From: Planctomycetota bacterium
GTDB lineage: Bacteria > Planctomycetota > SZUA-567 > H5-PLA8
Assembly (NCBI GenBank): GCA_045863855.1
Contig: BTVV01000115.1
Location: forward strand, 1-20,124
Direction of reading: 5' to 3'
Length of the DNA: 20,124 nt
A model generated the notes under the pieces. It did not search any database, was not told the DNA's origin, and was given only the letters and a program-made list of their open reading frames with translations. Below, one piece after another: positions 8,792 through 15,039 of the stretch. The stretch's first letter is position 1. Each line of letters begins with the position of its first letter. Made by a program: the position numbers and the translations under genes.

Positions 8792-8848
8792 GCCGACCGA
8801 GCTTCCCGGGCGATGCGCGTCGAATCTCGCGCCGAAGCCTGAAAGGGA

Positions 8849-8877
8849 GGAATACAACCAAGGCTACTTTAGCTCAA
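8849..8877 (-). promoter_or_regulatory. Sigma70-like promoter candidate for the metalloprotease gene
   Basis: Minus strand TTGAGC-N17-TATTCC, about 57 nt upstream of ATG 8791. Confidence 0.4.
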
Positions 8878-9000
8878 TAGACCGCACGGAACAATCCGAA
8901 GCGGACCTGAAATTGACGCACCAGTGCGGTATGAACGCGGAATATCTGCTCACTGATTGTACATGCTGTTTTCAAGAGAAGGTTTGCGGAGGAACTGCGC

Positions 9001-9579
9001 GTGCGATTTACGATCGGTTTGGCATTACTAGCGCTGGGAAGTTTGGTCTTCAGCGGTTGCGGTTCGCCGTCCGCGCCAAAGGGTTCGACGGATGTGCCGG
9101 TTCCGCCCGTCAAAGCGGCGGAAGCAACGGCAGACGGGCCGAACGTGGATTTGAAACCGGTATTGGCGGCAGGATTGATCGACGCGCAAGGTCAGAGCGT
9201 CTCGGCCGATGCGTACCAAGGCAAGTTGATCGGGCTGTACTTTTCAGCTCACTGGTGCCCGCCGTGCAAGGTCTTCACGCCCAAGCTCGTCGCCTTGCGT
9301 GACGCGCATGCCGACCGGTTCGAGGTGCTGTTCGTGAGCGCCGACAACAGTGCGGAAGAGATGGCCGGGTACATGCAGGAAGCGCAGATGAAATGGCCCG
9401 CCGTGAAGTTCGACGCCCCCGCGCGGATGAAGATCGCGGCCGATCTGGGCATCGAGTCGATTCCCACGCTGATCGTGCTCAAGCCGGACGGACAGATCAT
9501 CACCCGCGAGGGCTACAACGAGGTGGATCGCCAAGGCGCCGGCGCGCTGACGGCGTGGCAGTCGGCCGCCGGAAAGTAA
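9001..9579 (+). CDS. Nucleoredoxin/tryparedoxin-like thioredoxin-fold lipoprotein (WCPPC)
   Basis: GTG start with GGAGG upstream. Signal peptide with lipobox FSGC. 'LIGLYFSAHWCPPCKVFTPKL', 'FEVLFVSAD', 'GIESIPTLIVLKPDGQIITREG'. Confidence 0.9.
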   Translation: MRFTIGLALLALGSLVFSGCGSPSAPKGSTDVPVPPVKAAEATADGPNVDLKPVLAAGLIDAQGQSVSADAYQGKLIGLYFSAHWCPPCKVFTPKLVALRDAHADRFEVLFVSADNSAEEMAGYMQEAQMKWPAVKFDAPARMKIAADLGIESIPTLIVLKPDGQIITREGYNEVDRQGAGALTAWQSAAGK

Positions 9580-9589
9580 GGCTCGACTT

Positions 9590-10555
9590 TTAGCGCTCGG
9601 TTACGTTCTCCGCCCACCGGTTCGTCATCCCGCTCGACTGATGCGTCTTGCGCAGCTTGTGGAAAACCGCGGGCTCGGTGACGACCTCGTTCGGCCGCGC
9701 TTGGCTGCGGACGAGGAAATCGGCTTCCGGCGGATAGCACGCGATCGGGACGCCGTTTTTGCCGTCGGCCACATCCTCGTTCGGCAGGCGCGTGATCTTC
9801 GCGTTCGTCGGCAGCGCGGCGCTCTGGTAGCGCAGGTCCATGCTCCAGCGGACGCGATCCGTCTTGTTCTCGAAGCTCGCGTGCGGCGTGCGGTTGTGAA
9901 GCAGCAACACGCCGCCTTTGCGCACCGGCACGCACGTCGGCTGCCCGCCGGGTAGATTTTCCTCGACGATGATCAGATACGGCTTGTTCGTGCGGCGATG
10001 GTGCGGCACTACGCCGCCGCGGTGCGCCTTGGGGAGCACCCACAGGCAGCCGTTTTCCTCGTTCGCATCCACCAGCGGGAGCCAGACGGTCAGGACCGTG
10101 GCCTTATCGCAATAGGGCTCCATGTAGCCGCTGTCCTGGTGCCACGGCACGGCGCTGTACTCGTGCTGCGGAATCTTGGGGCGCAGCCGATAGACGCTGC
10201 TGGCGATGATTTCCGGGCCGCAGAACTGTTCGGCCACATCCAGCAGCCGCGGATGCGTGATCAGGTGGAAGAAGGCCGGCCCGGCCAGCGTGCCGTTCCA
10301 TATCGAACGCGCGACTTCCGGCGTCTCGAGGCTGATGGCCGCCAAGCGGCGCTCGAAATCCAGCTCTGCGTAGTCGCGGCTGAGCTTGCCTTCGGCCACC
10401 AGTTCGCGCGAGCGGCGGTCGACTTCCGCGGCCACCTCGTCGATGACCGGTTGCAGGTCGGCCGCGCTAAATACATCGTCGACGACCACGTATCCTTCTT
10501 CTTTAAACTGGGTCATCTGGGCGGCGGTGAGCAACGAGCAGGCGGCGCTTGACAT
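9590..10555 (-). CDS. Phytanoyl-CoA dioxygenase (PhyH) family Fe(II)/2-oxoglutarate dioxygenase
   Basis: 'LTAAQMTQFKEEGYVVVDDVFS', PWHQDSGY (HxD), 'TVWLPLVDANEENGCLWVLP', distal His in TPHASFEN and RWSMDLRY. Start at ATG 10555 with GGAG upstream. The ORF-track extension to 11116 overlaps the AraC gene. Confidence 0.9.
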   Translation of the reverse strand: MSSAACSLLTAAQMTQFKEEGYVVVDDVFSAADLQPVIDEVAAEVDRRSRELVAEGKLSRDYAELDFERRLAAISLETPEVARSIWNGTLAGPAFFHLITHPRLLDVAEQFCGPEIIASSVYRLRPKIPQHEYSAVPWHQDSGYMEPYCDKATVLTVWLPLVDANEENGCLWVLPKAHRGGVVPHHRRTNKPYLIIVEENLPGGQPTCVPVRKGGVLLLHNRTPHASFENKTDRVRWSMDLRYQSAALPTNAKITRLPNEDVADGKNGVPIACYPPEADFLVRSQARPNEVVTEPAVFHKLRKTHQSSGMTNRWAENVTER

Positions 10556-10717
10556 GCGAGTCTCCGGTGGTCTATTTTCCTGCTCCAATTCCGCCGATTC
10601 AAAAGCGGGCTTGGAGCGCTTGGTTGCGGCGGCTCTCGACTCCGCCTCGTTCCAGCCAGATAGGCTCATTTTCCCCTGTGCAGCACCCGGTTCGCAATAG
10701 CCCTCGCTCACCATAAG

Positions 10718-10732
10718 TGGTATAAATTCACC
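10718..10732 (+). promoter_or_regulatory. Extended -10 promoter candidate (TGgTATAAA) directly before the AraC start codon
   Basis: TG at 10718-10719, TATAAA at 10721-10726, ATG at 10733. No SD sequence in between. Confidence 0.5.
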
Positions 10733-11530
10733 ATGAATTGGGAAACCGTCCGCTTTGCCATGCCCCTCGACGAGCCCCCCCGGTTGCGCACCATCGCCGT
10801 CGCTCAGCATCCGGTCGGCCTCTGGCCGTACAAACTCAACTTCTGGTGTCTGCACTTCTTTGCAACGCCGGGCGACCTGAGCATCGACGGCGTGGAATTC
10901 CCCATCCGGCCCGGTTGCGCCAGCATCACGCCACGGCAGGCACAACTCGTGTACCGATTCGACGTACGCCCGCGCTACGTCTATGCGCACTACGATCTGC
11001 CGGCCGAAAGCCCCAGTGCTCCGCTTACGCCGGTCCTGGCCATGCATGACTTGGGCGGCGACTTCTCCGCCTATTGGAGCGCCATGGAGGAAGCTGTCGG
11101 CGCGTTTTCGACCCAACGCCGCCGCGCCGAAGCGCGCTTGTGGGAACTGCTGTGGAAGTTATCGGAGCGCCGCGCACAGGACGAAGCGGGCGGGACGCGT
11201 GCCGAGGGCCATCCGGCCATGCGACAGGCGCGGGAGCACATCGAGCGAAACCTGCACCAACCGTTGAGCGTTGCGAACCTGGCGGCGCGCGTGGGGCTGA
11301 GCCACAACCACCTGACGCGGCTTTTTCGCGAACAGACCGGGGGGACCGTGGTGAGTTACATTCGTGCGCGGCGTCTGGAGCGCGCGCGCCATCTGCTCCT
11401 GCATACCTCGCAGCCGATCAAAGCCATCGCCTCCGAAGTGGGCCTGCCGGATCTGCATCAGTTCAATAAAGTCGTCCGCGCCGCGCTGGGCGCGAGCCCC
11501 CGGGCGCTTCGCGCCGGGAAGCCCGATTAA
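10733..11530 (+). CDS. AraC/XylS family transcriptional regulator
   Basis: N-terminal cupin-like sensor domain and C-terminal double HTH: 'LSVANLAARVGLSHNHLTRLFREQTG...RLERARHLLLHTSQPIKAIASEVGLPDLHQFNKVVRAALGASPRALR'. Confidence 0.93.
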   Translation: MNWETVRFAMPLDEPPRLRTIAVAQHPVGLWPYKLNFWCLHFFATPGDLSIDGVEFPIRPGCASITPRQAQLVYRFDVRPRYVYAHYDLPAESPSAPLTPVLAMHDLGGDFSAYWSAMEEAVGAFSTQRRRAEARLWELLWKLSERRAQDEAGGTRAEGHPAMRQAREHIERNLHQPLSVANLAARVGLSHNHLTRLFREQTGGTVVSYIRARRLERARHLLLHTSQPIKAIASEVGLPDLHQFNKVVRAALGASPRALRAGKPD

Positions 11531-11679
11531 ACCGCTGAGACGCAGAGGGTGCAGAGAACGGCAACGGATATCGTGAAAACGAAACATAAGACGGCGCGCG
11601 ATTCAAGCCGCGCTGCGCTTCCCAAGCCGTCCCCCCGAAGTGTGTTTGTCGTTCTCTGCGTGCTCCGCGACTCCGCGGT
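11531..11679. repeat. 149 bp intergenic inverted-repeat element (REP/MITE-like) with 34 bp imperfect arms
   Basis: Left arm 11531-11564 is ACCGCTGAGACGCAGAGGGTGCAGAGAACGGCAA. The reverse complement of right arm 11646-11679 is ACCGCGGAGTCGCGGAGCACGCAGAGAACGACAA, 27/34 identical. Both arms have an internal 9-nt period. Confidence 0.75.
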
Positions 11680-11688
11680 GAATGCGTC

Positions 11689-12594
11689 CTACGCCATCCG
11701 CCCCGCATCGTACGACCGCGTGCCGCAGACCATCAGCCCGCGCTGGTTCTCTTTCTTGACCGCGTCTTTCTTCTTCTCGGCTGCGGCCCGGCTCTCGGTC
11801 GTCGTGGCGCTGACCACCACGTAATCGTCGGCCGCGCGATAGCGATGAATGAAGACCGGCCGCGCGCTCGTGCTGTGGTTTTCCTTGCTCCCGTGAATCG
11901 TCTTTACGTGGAAGAAGATCGCGTCGCCGGCCTTCCCGCAGATCGGCAGGGCGCGTTCCCAAGGCCATTCCTCGTGTTCCAGCCCCAGGTGCGAGAACGT
12001 ATCGACATGCTTCAGCACGCCCAGCTTGTGGCTTCCGGGAACGACATGCAGCGCGCCGTTCTCGAGGTTCGTGTCGACGACGTAGCCCAGCATGGCCAGC
12101 GGCCCTTCGTAGCGGTGCTCGAAATACGCCGCGTCCTGGTGCAGGTGCTTGGGGTGCCCGCCGACGGGTTCTTTGTAGAGGCACTGTCCATTGATGAAGA
12201 GTTCCACGTTCTCGCCCAGCACCGCGCGCGCCAGATCGACCGTCTTGGGGTCGAAGGCGCTGCGGAAGAAGGTCGCGCTGGTGTAGTAATTGAAGCCCAG
12301 CACCATGATCTGCTGCGGGCGCTTGAAGTGGGCCGGGGCGGGGAGGAAGAGCGTCCCGTTGGGCGTCGTCCAGCCTTCGGTGATCTTCTTCGCTTCGCCC
12401 AGCAGCGCGATCGATTCCTGCGCGCAGGCCTCGATCTCTTCGCGCAATTTCGCGACGTACGGCTTCATCAGCCCGCGCACCACCAGCGCGCCGTATTCGG
12501 CGTAGATCTTCGCCGCGCGTGCGGGATCCAGATCCTCGGCATGGATTTCGATCTGTTCCACCGAGACCTGCGGCAAGTCCAAGGCGACGCTCAT
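11689..12594 (-). CDS. Phytanoyl-CoA dioxygenase (PhyH) family Fe(II)/2-oxoglutarate dioxygenase
   Basis: HLHQDAAYF (HxD), 'DTNLENGALHVVPGSHK', 'KAGDAIFFHVKTIHGSKENHS..ARP'. Start at ATG 12594 with AAGGAG SD. Confidence 0.9.
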   Translation of the reverse strand: MSVALDLPQVSVEQIEIHAEDLDPARAAKIYAEYGALVVRGLMKPYVAKLREEIEACAQESIALLGEAKKITEGWTTPNGTLFLPAPAHFKRPQQIMVLGFNYYTSATFFRSAFDPKTVDLARAVLGENVELFINGQCLYKEPVGGHPKHLHQDAAYFEHRYEGPLAMLGYVVDTNLENGALHVVPGSHKLGVLKHVDTFSHLGLEHEEWPWERALPICGKAGDAIFFHVKTIHGSKENHSTSARPVFIHRYRAADDYVVVSATTTESRAAAEKKKDAVKKENQRGLMVCGTRSYDAGRMA

Positions 12595-12874
12595 GAGTCG
12601 GCTCCTTTGAAGGTTCGACGTCCGTTTCGCCACGCTTCGGACACGACGCCTCCGTCGGGTCGCCCAAGGGCGCCCGTCTGTGGCTGCTTCGATGTCCTTG
12701 AAGCCCTGTCCGTACGCGGTCCAAGCCCTTTTTCAACGGGCTGCTGGCGACCTCAGTCGTACAGGCTCGATGCGTGTTCGATCCGCGGGAACTCTACAAC
12801 TCCAATCCCGTTCGAACCATGGATGCGGCATAGGGAGTGGATGGATTTTTGAAGCGCTGGGAGCCTGCCGCAGT

Positions 12875-12910
12875 AAAAGAAAACGGCGCCAAGCCTTCGC
12901 TTGGCGCCGT
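12875..12910 (-). terminator. Intrinsic terminator downstream of the DUF3352-like gene
   Basis: Minus strand: 12 bp perfect stem ACGGCGCCAAGC-GAAG-GCTTGGCGCCGT followed by TTTCTTTT. Confidence 0.88.
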
Positions 12911-12943
12911 AGCATTCACGTTCTTTCCGTCGCCCTTCAGCGC

Positions 12944-14818
12944 TTACTTCTGCTCCGCGTTCTCGCCGCCCAAGCGCGGGCCAAACGTGGCCAGGACCGC
13001 CGCGAACGCGGCCACCGGCGGAGCGACGACTTCCAGCGAAGGCAGGGGGCTGCGGCTGGTCATCACTACGCCCTTTTCGCTGGCTTCCACCACCGCCAAG
13101 GCCGGGAAGAGGTGCTTCGTGACCGCTTCGGGCGCGGGGAGCAGATTCAGGTCCAGCCCCAAGCCCTTGAGCATCGCGGACGGCGCGATGAATTTCAGCG
13201 CCGTGGCGCCCACGTTAAACGCGCCCGCGTACCACTGGCCCCAATCGACGTAGACGAACAGGCTGCCCAGCGAGCCGCCGGTGCCTTTGAGCGCCTCCTG
13301 AAAGCGCGCCGTGCCGGCCAGTCCGGGGTCTTTCAAGTTCTTGAGCGCGGCCTTGAGGATCAGCATGTCCATCGCGACCACCAGACGGTCGGCGGTCACG
13401 ACATACTTGGCTTCGGTGCCCGTTCCGCCTTGGGCGGCGCGGACGTAGCGGACTTTGCGCCCTTCGTAGTCGATCTCCTGCAGCGCGACCTGGACGCCGC
13501 CTTCGGCGTTGCGCGCGGCCACCGAGCGCTTCAAGACCTGCACCAGCAGTTCCTCGGACTTCGCGGCGTCCTTTACCGAAAGGCTTACCACCAGCGTATT
13601 CCCTGCGCCCAGCGTGGGACTCTCGGGATCCTGGTAGCTGGCGACGACCAAGTCGTTCCCGTACGCCTCGGCCATTTCTTTGCTCAGGTCGCGCCCGTCG
13701 GCCTTGGCCTGTTCCCAGACCTTGCTCATCCGTTCGCGCGCTTGCGCGTCGCCGCCGCCCATCGCGTTGCGCAGCAGTCGGCTGAGGTATTCGGGCTTCG
13801 CCTTCAGCCCGATCGCGAACGGGGCGTGTGGCGGGCAGATCTTCAGGGACTCCGGCGAGAGCGGCTGTGCGTCGAGCGCCGCGAGCAGCCCCGCACGCCC
13901 ATCCTTGCTCATGAACGCCGCGCGTGACGCGAAGGCCGGCCCGTCCAGGCGCATCGACCACGCCACCGCGTGCAGGTCTTCCACGCCCAGGAAATCGAGC
14001 GTCTGCTTAAGGCGTCCGTTCTCGAGGTCTTTCTGTGCGCCAACCATCTCGCGCAGCGCCGCGACGTCCAGGTACGCGCCCATCGGCTCGGCCCCGGTCA
14101 GCCCGCAGCCCTTGAACGCCGGAGCGGCCGCCAGCTTGTTTGGCAACAGCCCGCCGATTCCGTCGACGATCTGTTTGCACAGGTCCGAGTCGGTCGTGAA
14201 GATCAGGTGCTTGCCGTACTCGGTGATCGTGAAGCTGTAGTGTTCGGTCGGGACCACCAGGAGCTTCGCCGTCTGATAGTCCTGCTGCTGCACGACCTTG
14301 AAGAGCAGCTTGTCCTGCAGGATCTGGGCCAGCGTCAGGATGTTCCCGACGTTCTGGCTGCGCATGATCAACGCCGTCGCCGGCGGTTTGACGGCGCCTT
14401 GCGCATCCTTCGCGCCGCGGCAGACGGCCACCGTCACCGGGCCGGGCGCGACGTCGTGCAGCCAGTTCATGATCGTGGCTACGACTTGGGACACATCGTT
14501 TCCGCCGGCAGGAACCGGGTCGGCCGGCGCCGCGGCCGGGTCGGCCATCATTTCGCGCAGCTTCGCGAGCGGACCGGCGAGGAACGCCTGCACCTCGGGC
14601 TCCCCGAAGATTTTGGACACGCTGGTCTGATTCCAGTCGTTCGCCCACTGGCTCCAGGTGCCGAATCGCACCACCAGCACCGTGCTGTCGGGGAGCATCT
14701 CCCCGGCGCTGGGCGGCACATCTTCCGCCGCGCGAACCGCCGATACCGCGCAGGCCGCCCAAAGCAGGCACGCAGCGATACGCCTAGAGCCGTACGGTTG
14801 TTTATAGGAAATAGCCAA
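12944..14818 (-). CDS. Exported hypothetical protein, DUF3352-like
   Basis: TTG start with GGAGG SD. Signal peptide ending in AVRA. Internally duplicated architecture ('MLPDSTVLVV...LAAAPAFK...GAYLDVAAL' and 'ICPPHAPFAIG...LAGTARFQEAL...LFVYVDW') and a hydrophobic C-terminal segment. The family call is by resemblance only. Confidence 0.7.
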   Translation of the reverse strand: MAISYKQPYGSRRIAACLLWAACAVSAVRAAEDVPPSAGEMLPDSTVLVVRFGTWSQWANDWNQTSVSKIFGEPEVQAFLAGPLAKLREMMADPAAAPADPVPAGGNDVSQVVATIMNWLHDVAPGPVTVAVCRGAKDAQGAVKPPATALIMRSQNVGNILTLAQILQDKLLFKVVQQQDYQTAKLLVVPTEHYSFTITEYGKHLIFTTDSDLCKQIVDGIGGLLPNKLAAAPAFKGCGLTGAEPMGAYLDVAALREMVGAQKDLENGRLKQTLDFLGVEDLHAVAWSMRLDGPAFASRAAFMSKDGRAGLLAALDAQPLSPESLKICPPHAPFAIGLKAKPEYLSRLLRNAMGGGDAQARERMSKVWEQAKADGRDLSKEMAEAYGNDLVVASYQDPESPTLGAGNTLVVSLSVKDAAKSEELLVQVLKRSVAARNAEGGVQVALQEIDYEGRKVRYVRAAQGGTGTEAKYVVTADRLVVAMDMLILKAALKNLKDPGLAGTARFQEALKGTGGSLGSLFVYVDWGQWYAGAFNVGATALKFIAPSAMLKGLGLDLNLLPAPEAVTKHLFPALAVVEASEKGVVMTSRSPLPSLEVVAPPVAAFAAVLATFGPRLGGENAEQK

Positions 14819-14970
14819 GGAACATCCTCCAACTTGGGTGAACCGACCGGGTCAGGATACGCTTTTCCTCATACCCTTCAATGCCCGTAACGCACGGGCA
14901 AAGGCTTTCGAAGGGACGTTCGAGTCCGGCCCCTGCTTCAAGCTCAATGTGCAAGTGTAACCGCTGCCAA

Positions 14971-15005
14971 ATAAAAGCCCCCTCCCGATTGGGGAGGGGG
15001 CTTTA
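14971..15005. terminator. Intrinsic terminator downstream of the large surface protein gene
   Basis: 13 bp stem AAAGCCCCCTCCC / GGGAGGGGGCTTT. T-rich tail (TTTTATTT) on the minus strand, 35 nt after the TAA at 15040. Confidence 0.88.
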
Positions 15006-15039
15006 AGAAGGTATGGCAGTTGCAACGGTCGCCACGCCG

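Noticed and set aside
10556..11116. N-terminal extension making the first PhyH a 508 aa ORF
   Set aside because: It runs antisense through the AraC gene. The PhyH fold begins at MSSAACSLLT, which has a GGAG SD.
11531..11679. CRISPR array or tRNA in the AraC-PhyH intergenic region
   Set aside because: There is only one pair of inverted arms, with no direct repeat-spacer series, cloverleaf or cas genes.
14882..14900. 7 bp hairpin TGCCCGT-AACGC-ACGGGCA upstream of the DUF3352-like gene
   Set aside because: It is short, has no convincing U-tract and shows no riboswitch signature.
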